The notes under the pieces were generated by a model that did no database searches, had not been told where the DNA came from, and saw nothing but the letters and a program-made list of their open reading frames with translations. 64,000 nt of DNA from Malacoraja senta (Eukaryota), in NCBI GenBank assembly GCA_038087875.1, contig CM075989.1, forward strand, positions 8,558,001 to 8,622,000, written 5' to 3'. Below, piece by piece: positions 53,901 through 64,000 of the stretch. Both the position numbers and the translations under genes were made by a program. Position 1 is the stretch's first letter, and each line of letters opens with the position of its first letter.

Positions 53901-56900
53901 CTGAATGGCAGGTTTGAACTAGGGTTTGTCAAGAGGTGCCAGGAAGTTAGAACTGATTAGGCAGTGGACTCATGGGAAGGCAGCATTCGAGATAGGTAAC
54001 CTTAATTCACCAAACTCATCTGCTTGCTTCTTCTCCATCCAACCTTACCAAGCGACTGGGAACACCCCTAGTCTCTGAAAACAGGAGTAGACCTTTGATT
54101 CACTGCTTCTTTTGGATGATAAAATTAAACCTTGTCTGTCAGTTCAGGTAATATTAATTATCCAATTGCACTGTTTAGTGAAGACAAGGGAGTCTAATCA
54201 AATGCCAGCACTCTCACCATGAACGGATTCCCAAAACAGACAATTTATGGAATCTTACATATGCAGAATGAATGCAAGCTGTTACTACAGAATGCTCGAT
54301 GTAAATGTGATTAATGTTTATTGTGTTGGCAAGAATGAATCCTGATTTGAGGTCAATCAGTTGGAGCGAATCAGCTCACTGTAACCACTGGATGGCAGTA
54401 AACGCACAAAAATACTTAAACACTGCAACCTCCATGAAGCATTGCAAGCTTTTCAACAGGCTGGTGTACACCTCATTATACAGCATTCAACATTGCTACC
54501 ATCGGAGGCTGTAAAAACAAACAAGCATATTGCGGAACCTCTGTTTCTCCCTTCTGTGCCACCATGAAGTAATGATGGGGAAATGGACTAATTCTGTATT
54601 GCGTGTGCAACTGGAACTAACTAATCCTTCATGCGTTTTAAGTTCTTTAATCTTTTCATAAATTTATATCAAAAAGTGAATTTATTCACCATCACATTAT
54701 ACAGAATCAAAAAGCATAGAGACAAGCCATTTGATTCAATAAGTCTATACATAGTTTGCATGTTCTCCCTGTGATTACGTGGGTTTTCTCCAGGTGCTCC
54801 CACCTTCCAAAACCGTGCAGGTCTGTAGGTTACTTGGCTTCTGTAAAATTGTCCTCAAATGTGTAGGATAGAATTAGTGTATGGGTGATCACTGGTCAGC
54901 GTCAGTGGGCCGAAGGGCCCATTTCCTTCACTGTATCTCTAAACTAAATTAATGCCACAATAACCATGAGGCACCCATTTGTGCTAATCCCATTTTATTC
55001 TCTGCATTCCCATCAATTTCTTTTGGATCCTAACACTGATCCACACCCTTTGTCCAATTTACAATGGTCAGTTTACAACATGCCTTTTGCTGCATGCCTT
55101 TGGGATGTGGAAATTGAGGTTCCTGGGGAAAATCCACACAGTCACGGTAAGAACGTGCAAACTCCACACTGACAGCCAAGAGGCCAAGATTGGACCCGGG
55201 GCATTGGAGCTGTGAGGCAGCAGCTCTACCAGCTACACTACTGTGCTACCCTATGGCTTCATCGTTCAAACATAGTAGTCTAATCTAATTTTCGATAAAA
55301 GATATTTGCCTTGGATCATTTACACTTTTCAAATCCACCCCAGTGCTTCAATTCAGATGATTTAAGTTTCTGCTTACAAAGGTTGTTAGACTGCAGGGAA
55401 ACGAGTTTACTAGCATCACTCTTCTCCCTCCTTAAAAAAACTGGAAAGACTTGCTGAACTAGCATGTTAACCATGAAATATAAACTGTTCAACAATATTC
55501 CCTGGCATTTGTTACACAGCCGGAGAACATGCCAATGCATGTAGACTGCAAGGTGAAGACGAACAAATGATCATAACTAAATGTGATGCTTCTGAGGAGC
55601 AACACTTGTAATGCATCACTGACCTATGAAACGTTTCTCCGAAAAGGAGTATAAATGGCTGTGATTAAAACAAAAAAAATCAGCAACATTTTAAAATATT
55701 GGCAAAAATGTAATAGATACTGATAACCTGAAATAAAAATAAAATTCATATACAGCAACTTCTTCTGTTTAGTTCCAGTATTTCCCAATATCATGTTCTA
55801 TAATTTCTTCAGAAATTTAAAATAATCTATCAAATTTCTAAAGTCATCTCTAAAGTCTAAATGTTTCATTGAACTTTCTTGAGCTACAAAAATACCTCTT
55901 CCACAACGAGTGAAGAACAAAACTTGCCACAAGTTCCAAAATTACATGATAAATACTTTTATCTACTCGAGCCTGTTACACTAGTCAGTTTAATTCTGGA
56001 AGCATTTATCATAGGCAAGTAGTGACCATTTTAGGTTGAATAAACGTCCCAAGTATTTAACATGAGAGGTAAATAGAACAGGAAAGAATTAATAAGTTTT
56101 CATTTTATGATATCTTTCACAATTTGAGGATAGGGCCAAAGTGGAATGAAGTGATTCAGAAATCTATTAATTGTTATAATACAGGAAAAACATATCGCAA
56201 ATAAACCATTGCTTTTTGGGATGTATTATTATCCAGGTTTAAGTCGCTTTGCAGATTCTAAAACAATGAAATGAATGGCTTGTTAATCTGACATTTTTAC
56301 AGTTTGTGAAGACATCAAGGGATCTCTGTCCTAAAATTGTTAACTTCACCCAGAGTTAATGTTAGCATCTTGCAGAGAGAATGACATCTCTGATGGTGTA
56401 GCATTCTATCAGTGCTGTAATGATGGATCAGTCTACACACTGCGATGATAACGTTCCTAGGTTCAATTAAATTACAATCTTATTGTAAGGGAATATTTTT
56501 GTCATGAACATTTTCCATATGAATAGTTTGATTTTATTTTTAGTTTGTCAGAACGTTTGGGTCGGAAAGATAGGGTAAGTGCACATAGGCTTTTTACCCA
56601 GAATAAAGGAATGATGAATGAGAGGACAAAGATTTAATGGGAACCTGAGGGTAATTTATTCACACAGAGGGTAGTGGGTATATGGAACGAGCTGACAGAG
56701 GAGATTGGGACAGGTACATGAATTGTAAAGGTTTAGAAGGATATGGGCCAAATGCATGCAGGTGGGACTAGTGTAGATGGGCCATATTGGTCGGCATGCG
56801 CAAGTTAGGCTGAAGGGCCTGTTTCCATGCTGTATGACTCTATGACTCAATATGGGGCAAACTCGAGCAAATGAGACTTGATCAGAAGGGATATCTTGGT

Positions 56901-58126
56901 CGGCAAAGACGGGATGGGCCGAAGGGACTCTTTCCCTGCTGTATTTTTCTATGACTAAGATTAATACAGAGTAGATGGGGTTGATTTGGCTCAACCAAGA
57001 TCCAGAGCCACAGGACGTGGGCTGATTGCCATAATCCTACTTTTTTGGAGGGGAAGGAAGGTAGGGGGGGGGGGGGGCGGGGGGACTGACACAGTTGATC
57101 AAAGTGCACAGTTGCTAAAAACTGATAAAATCAACAGTGTGGAAGTCATCTTGAACCTGATAACTTCTGAAATGAATTCTGATACACTGTTGATTTCAGT
57201 ATCTTAAATGCACTCTTGATTTCAGTATCTTAATTGCTTCATTAGAGCTGCATTGACTTGCTTTTCCAATTTTCTTCCAGATCCAGGAATTTCTGGAACT
57301 GTGGTGTGAAATGGAAATATGAATACAGCAACAATTGTGGTGGCTGGAGTCTTGCAAATTCCCAATGAATAGTGACACAAAATGCTGGAGTAACCCAGCA
57401 GGTCATGCAGCATGTCTGGAGGAAAGGAATAGGTGACATTTCGGCTCGAGACACTTCTTCAGACTCGCAGTCAGACCCACCGAGTTATTCCAGCATTTTG
57501 TGTCTATCTTCGGTGGAAACCAGCATCTGCATTTCCTTCCAACTCCCAATGAAATAGTGCTTGATTGTGACCTTGAGCTCCGCAACAAAACACAACTCTT
57601 GTGTGATGATTTATTTAAAGTCATAGGGAGCGTGGCGTCAGGCATGATGCCGGGTTCAGCAGTGACCACATTGACACTCGCAGTAGAGTGAACTCACATG
57701 ATTTATTTTATTTACATTGGTAAGAAAGACCAGGACCACATGGGGGCGCTGTCCTTTGCCATCAGGGCACATGTGCCGTGGTGCTGGCGATCTCGGGGTA
57801 GTCCCGGCAACTCAGTCCTGGCCTTTATAATGTGCAAGCCACCTCCCTCTGACCTCTAGCAATCCCAGGCATCATGTTCAAGGAGCCTTCACTACACTGA
57901 TACCCTGTTCCCCATATCAACTCTATTGCTCCCAATGCAATGTCTTACTGAGGTAACTCACAATGTCTTCAACTAGGAAGATTGGACTGCCCCTTTAGAC
58001 AAAGGAAATGAAATCAGCTTATTAAACATCACAACACCAACTCAGGCAAACTAGTCAGGAAGCCCAAGACCCAAATGATAATAATGTGGCTGTTAAAATG
58101 TTATTGACATGGAGCACGGTACTTAC

Positions 58127-58174
58127 ATCCAGGTTTGTTGTGTGGTAGCAGATACCACCTCCCTGTCCTAGCAA
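58127..58174 (-). CDS. Candidate further upstream exon (LLGQGGGICYHTTNLD)
   Basis: Acceptor tttccttcacacag and donor GAT|gtaagt; 48 nt, phase 0 to 0, compatible with the 50095 exon. No independent homology support. Confidence 0.3.
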
Positions 58175-58310
58175 CTGTGTGAAGGAAACTCAGTCCTTTC
58201 ATCTGACTCAAAGGAATTGGTGCTGATATAAGACCGGCATTCTCGATAATAAAAGAGAATTTTAGACAAGTGTCAATATCATGCCTGTCCACAAAACTCG
58301 GAGATAATGT

Positions 58311-58695
58311 GTAGGAAGGAACTGCAGATGCTGGCTCACACCGAAGAGAGATACAAAAATCTGGAGTAACTCAGTGGGTCAGACAGCATCTCTGGAGAGA
58401 AGGAATAGGTGACGTTTCGGGTCGAAACCCTTCTTCAGACTGAGAGACAAGGGAAAGGGAAACGAGATATAGAGACGATGATATAGAGAGATATAGAACA
58501 AATCAATAGAAGATAAGCACGTGAGAACGAGTTGGAGACAGTGAGACTCAATAAGATGACTTTGAATGCAGTAGGACTTGAGTGGGGGAGGGATGGAGAG
58601 AGGGGAGGGGGGGGGATACTAGGGTTAACTGAAGTTAGAGAAATTAATACTCATACCACTGGTTTGTAAGCTGCCCAAGCAAAATATGAGGTGCC
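58311..58695 (-). mobile_element. Penelope-like 3' fragment (second subfamily)
   Basis: The minus strand encodes HLIFCLGSLQTSGMSINFS, like the end of the 61.5-kb endonuclease, followed by CTGAAGAagggtttcgacccGAAAcgtc. Confidence 0.75.
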
Positions 58696-61063
58696 TGTCA
58701 AAATTTGGAGATCAATTTGGAAATGGCTTATGATGTTTCTGAACCTAATTTAAAGAGTGAAAAACAGCAGAGTGGCTCTGCAGGTAATGCTTCCATCTCA
58801 CAGCTCCAGCGACCTGGGTTCAATCCTGACCTCATGTGACAGTTATGTAGATTTGCACATTCTCCAGGTGAATGCGAGAGTTTCAATGGTTGCTCTGGTT
58901 TCCTCCTACATCCAAACTATGTAGTGGTTGGTAGGTTAATTGACTAATATAAGTTATCGCACGTGTAGATGGGTGATAACAGAACTGGGAGTTATAAATG
59001 GGTATGTGAAAGAGCATAGGTTACAGAGAATTAATTGAAAGAATACATTAGTTTAGTTTAGAGATACAGCATGTGGCTTACCAAGTCCACACCAGCCATC
59101 GACCACCCTAATTCTGTATTATCCCACTTTCTCATCCACTCCCTACACATCAAGGGCATGTAGTTGTTTTACAGAGGCCAATTAACCTCCAAACCCACAC
59201 ATCTTTGGGATGCGAGAGAAAACCAGAGCACCTGGAGAAAATCTACGAGGTCACAGGAAATGTGTGTAAACTCCACACAGACAACACCCAAGGTCAGGAT
59301 CAAACCCAGGATTCTGGTGCTGAGAGGGAGCAACTCTACCAGAGGAAGGGTTTCGGCCCGAAACGTTACCTATTTCCTTCGCTCCATAGATGCTGCTGCA
59401 CCCGCTGAGTTTCTCCAGCATTTTTGTGTACCTACCAGTTGGGCTACTGTGCTGCCCTAAAGGGACTCGTGGAATTGCTCAAAGGATCAAAAACATTCGG
59501 TGAGCTAGCTTCCTTCCATGTTGTTAGAAAATATAAAATATGAAGATCTAAATCCAAGCATTTGTCAGCAGTGGGTAAGTTAGGAGCAGAATTATTCTCC
59601 AAACAAACCTTTTAATTCTTCAGTAGTGAAATTACTTGGGAAAGAATGCTTCAGAACAGCGGCAACACTATAAGAGCTTTGCAATGTCTGGTTGTCAGGA
59701 CAATGCTGCTACTGCTGTTATGGTATTTCTACCTCTCTTTTGTTCAATTCCACTATAGATGAAAGGAAAAAATATGATTTGTCAAAGAAATCACTAATGT
59801 CAGTGAGACTGAGGTTGGCAGAAGAAAAAACCCCAACCTGAACAAGCAATGTTTACAAGCATTACTGGTCATCAAGTGCTATGATTAAAAGCACCGTGGT
59901 TTTTTAAAATTTAGACTTTAGACTAAATTCATCTGGTAATTTCTCAAGTAAAAAAGGGTTACACCACAACAACAGGAGTTATATGATTTTAACCATTTTG
60001 ATCCATTATTATTCGGTTTTCATAATTTCTACTTATTAATTTGACAAGATGTTGTCATTCCCGTTGTTAATTGCCCATCCCTAATTGCTCGGAGAAGATG
60101 CTGGTGGGAGCAACTATCTTAAACTGCAGGTGTCTGTCTTCTGAACGTGCTCCCACAGTGCTGTAGGGGAGGGAGTTTTAGGATTTAGACTCTGTGACAA
60201 TGAGGGATCTGATGGTTAAATTAATGGATCGGCAACTGGAATTCTAGATTACCAATTAATGAACGATTTTGAAATCCCACCAAGGCAGGTGGAGAGTTTA
60301 AAGGTAGGAATTTAATCAAGATTTAAAAAAAGATTCAGTATTGGATTGTAAATTACCATCAAACCTATCAAGTTCATTAGTGTTTTGCTGTAAAGGATAG
60401 CCTACAGTACGTGCAACTCCAAAGATGCTGAAATTCTGAAATATAATCCGAAAATGCTGGAAACACTCAGACAGCATTTGGAGAAAGCTTAACAGAGATG
60501 TTGTTTCAGATTTAAGTCCTACTGGGAAAGAGAAAAAACACAAGTTAGATTTCTAAATTACAAAGGTGAGGGGATGGATAGGACACTGGCAATGTCTGAT
60601 AAGGTGCAGGGCAAGGGTTGAAGTTGTGGCAAGGTGTCAATGAGGCAATCTGGTTGATGCATTAATGAGGCCTGTTAGAGAGAGGAAAACTGAGCCTCAC
60701 ACTATCAGGGATATTTCCTTGTGTCCTATCCATCCCTCCCAGATCTTAACTTCAACTTAAAACATAAGGTGTTTTCTCCCTTTCCCAATTCTGACTAAAA
60801 GTCTTTTATCTGAAATGTTAGATCTGCTTCTTTTTCCCCAGATGCTTCCTGACCTGCTGAATGTGTCCAGCACTTTGTTTTTATTTCAATTAAAACAACT
60901 CCTTAGTTCTAGAACAACTAGGGATGGACAATAATTCCATGTCTCATCAATACACACAAAAAAGATAATTTCAGAATTAAAATGCTGCATGACTTGAGGG
61001 CAGTGAGGCTTTAACTAGTATCCCACTGGCACCAGTGCACCTTGCTCTGTCTCCAAACTTGCT

Positions 61064-61211
61064 TCTTCTTCTTCTTCTTCTTGCGTATGGCGTGCACAGC
61101 CTAAAGTTGTAGGACAACTTGTTCTATTTGATCTTATTTGATTGTGCACGCCAGGTTGATTGCATTCGTTGAAACAGGGCGGACCACGTGAAGGTTGCAA
61201 TCTTCCACCCC
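61064..61211 (-). mobile_element. Short non-autonomous retroposon with 5' HDV-like ribozyme and (AAG)n tail
   Basis: TSD tccaaacttgct (61052-61063) / tccaaatttgct (61212-61223); internal stem GGCGTGCACA/TGTGCACGCC; GAA-repeat tail. Confidence 0.8.
61158..61211 (-). ncRNA. Minimal HDV-like (CPEB3-type) self-cleaving ribozyme fold at the 5' end of a short retroelement
   Basis: Reads GGGGUGG(P1) AA GAUUGCA(P2) ACC(P3) UUCACGU(L3) GGU(P3') CCGCCCU(P1') G UUUCAA CGAA(J4/2) UGCAAUC(P2'). All elements are in HDV order, with a G1-U wobble. Confidence 0.8.
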
Positions 61212-61254
61212 TCCAAATTTGCTGCCATTTGCAAACTAGATATAAACTATCTAT

Positions 61255-62133
61255 GTGTTAAAGAAGGAACTGCAGATGCTGGAAAATCGAAGGTACACAA
61301 AAATGCTGGAGAAACTCAGCGGGTGCAGCAGCATCTATGGAGCGAAGGAAATAGGTAACGTTTCGGGCCGAAACCCTTCTTCAGACTGATAGGGGGTGGG
61401 GAGAAGAAAGGAAAAAAGGAAAAGGCGGAGGAGGAGCCCGAGGGCTGGGGGAGGGGAGGAGACAACCAGATGGCTGATGAAGGGGAGGGGACAGCCAGGG
61501 CTAGCAGAATTGGGAGAATTCAATGTTCAGGCCACCAGGATGTAGACTGCCCAAGCGGAATATGAGGTGCATTTCCTCCAATTTACGGTGTTGCTCGCTG
61601 TGGCCATGGAGGAGACCCAGGACAGAGAGGTCAGATACGGAATGGGAGGGGGAGTTGAAGTGCTGAGCCACCGGGAGTTCAGGTTGGTTATTGCGGACCG
61701 ACCGGAGGTGTTCGGCGAAACGATCGCCAAGCCTCCGCTTGGTCTCACCGATGTAGATCAGCTGGCATCTAGAGCAGCGAATGCAATAGATGAGGTTGGA
61801 GGAGATGCAGGTGAACCTCTGTCGCACCTGGAACGACTGCTTGGGTCCTTGAATGGAGTGGAGGGGGGATGTGAAGGGACAAGTGTTGCATCTCTTGCGG
61901 CTGCTCTAGATGCCAGCTGATCTACATCGGTGAGACCAAGCGGAGGCTTGGCGATCATTTCGCCGAACACCTCCGGTCGGTCCGCAATAACCTCCTCCGC
62001 CTTTTCCTTTTTTCCTTTCTTCTCCCCACCCCCTATCAGTCTGAAGAAGGGTTTCGGCCCGAAACGTTACCTATTTCCTTCGCTCCATAGATGCTGCTGC
62101 ACCCGCTGAGTTTCTCCAGCATTTTTGTGTACC
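61255..62133 (-). mobile_element. Penelope-like element fragment with GIY-YIG endonuclease and inverted pseudo-LTR
   Basis: ORF 61501-61827 reads LIYCIRCSRCQLIYIGETKRRLGDRFAEH. Segment 61901-62133 is an inverted copy of two internal parts. TSD tataaactatctat at 61241-61254 and 62134-62147. Confidence 0.9.
62041..62070 (+). ncRNA. Minimal hammerhead ribozyme core in a Penelope pseudo-LTR
   Basis: Reads CTGAAGA a GGGT-TTCG-GCCC GAAA CGTT. Stem III is palindromic (dimer-type) and stem I is weak. Confidence 0.6.
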
Positions 62134-64000
62134 TATAAACTATCTATTCTGGCTTATTGTGGTGAAAGGTGTGAATGGATTTCCAGTGTTCACCATGGTT
62201 GTTGCCTTGAATTACTTTCCACTCTACCTCTCTCTTCACCTTTAAGATAGTTCCGAAAACCTATCAACTTACTTGTCCAAACTTCAGGGCACTCGACCAT
62301 CTGTTTGATTAGATGTCAAAACGGTGAAAAGCTGAAACTCCACCACAAACATCTAGAGTTCACCAATTCACGTCTTATATCCCAACTTGTCTCATACATC
62401 CCAGAAAGTTACCAACCAACCCACGTCACAAGGTTACTGCTAATTCTGTGATTTTTTTTTGCTGGTAATTTCTTCTGGAAGTCCATACAAACATCAGCAT
62501 GGACATTCTACAGTCCTAATGACCTTCTCAGAAAATTCAGCGAGACCGGCTCTTCAAAGAACTGTCCAGGTACATAGATCCATTTGTAATAATGCAATTT
62601 CTACCTTCCACCTTTAGTTAAAAAAAGGCATTTTCCAAACCAACTGTGTAATCTCTCAATATTCTGAATTTGCGATTACAAATTGCGATTACAAATGCAA
62701 AAAAGACCAAGCCTGACATGAATATTGCTTTTTCTGACTGCATGTTTTTACTCACAACAGGCTTACAACAGAAAGCATCCTAAAAAGATTAATCTTCGCT
62801 TGGTATGGCAATAGCTCTGCCCAAGACCGCAAGAACCTCCAGAGAGTAGTCGACACAGCCCAGTCTAACACATAAACCAGCCTCAACCCCACCCCTCCAT
62901 TGACTCCATCTGCACTTCATGCTGTCTTGGGCAAGTGGCCAGCATTGTTAAGGACCAATCACACCCCGATCATTCTCTCTTCTCTGCTCTCCCATCAGGC
63001 AGAAGATCATGAGCTTGAAAGCACGTACCACTAGCTTCAAGGACAGCTTCTTCCCCACTGTTTGTTATCAGACTTTTGAAAGGACCGCTCATATGTCATG
63101 AATGTATTCCTGATCTTCCAATCCATCTCGCTGCGGAGCTTGCAATTTATCTTCACTGCACTTTCTCTGTAACTATAACACCATATTCTGCACTGTTTAT
63201 TTTCTCTTTTCCATTACCTGTATACATGTATGATATGGTCTGATATGGTCTACCCGGATAGCACCCAAAACAAAGCTTTTCACTGTATCTCAGTACAAGT
63301 GACAATAATAAACCAATATTTGAAACACCCAATGGCAAATGGTGAAACATCAACAGAGGGTCATTTTCCTGTTCAACTTTGCAGAATGTAATGGTAAAAA
63401 ATACGAGGCACTTACTTGTTCATTCGGCACTGATCTTCTTGAACGAAGTCTAGGAAATGAGCCTACAAGAAAATTTCTAGAATTATTAAAATGGAACAAC
63501 TTCATTGATGATACCAAATTCTACCCCATCACCCTTCTTCACACTTGCAATTGATGCAAAGGCTTCACTTTTCCATTTCTGAATTTGAAATCCTATGTTG
63601 CACTTTCTATAAACAGAACTGAATTTATTTCTATTTCAACTGGTTGGAAAGCCGTTTGGTACCGAAAGCTAAAGTTTCTGATCTGCTGTCAGTGCGATAT
63701 CCTATCTCTGGGGTGCCATCACTCTTCATCATTAGATTTGTAACACCTTCAAATAAGTGCAGTCTACAAGCTATGGTCAGATGAAACCATTAACCACACC
63801 CTTTTCAAACTTCTTCAAGGTATGGTCAGATGAAATCATTAACTACATCCTTTCTACCCTTCTGTAATGTGTTTCCATTCATCATCTGTCCCTTAACATT
63901 TTCCTATTCACACTTTCCACTATCTCCTGTCTCTCCATGTCCCTTCTGAAGTGCGAGGACATAACGTATGATGGATGATTTGACCGCTACATTATGCAGG

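Noticed and set aside
63416..63449. 34-nt segment with AG/GT signals on the minus strand (another near 62273-62300)
   Set aside because: Splice-like signals alone, with no frame or homology support linking them to either gene.
63772..63860. Short tandem duplications (also 57190-57233, 29512-29572)
   Set aside because: These are two-copy local duplications with no array or spacer structure; the context is eukaryotic and they are not CRISPR.

Overview
This is a eukaryotic (vertebrate) genomic window. The repeat content (HE1/V-SINE-like tRNA SINEs, CR1, L1, L2, Rex1 and Penelope elements) points to a cartilaginous fish such as a skate or ray; that assignment is an inference. The minus strand carries nine phase-consistent coding exons of NADPH oxidase 5 (NOX5; 29266 to 1676, 1503 nt = 501 codons). 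They cover four EF-hands, the haem-binding transmembrane domain and the FAD-binding HPFT motif, and the gene continues beyond position 1. The first coding intron has a GC donor. About 16 kb upstream on the same strand is a 1.1-kb terminal exon (46272-45158) encoding a protein rich in N-glycosylation sequons. Its position, intron phase and colinear motifs match mammalian SPESP1. The rest is mostly transposon-derived. Highlights: (1) a ~140-nt retroposed element, present in two copies with TSDs, whose 5' end is a minimal 54-nt HDV/CPEB3-like ribozyme fold; (2) roughly 20 Penelope-derived pieces, many with minimal hammerhead cores, plus one GIY-YIG fragment; (3) a young L1 flanked by a ~231-bp target-site duplication; (4) palindromic MITEs next to NOX5 exons; (5) possible cryptic exons between the two genes. 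Comparisons with human sequences are from memory and need database confirmation. Repeat boundaries are approximate unless a TSD or TIR is given.
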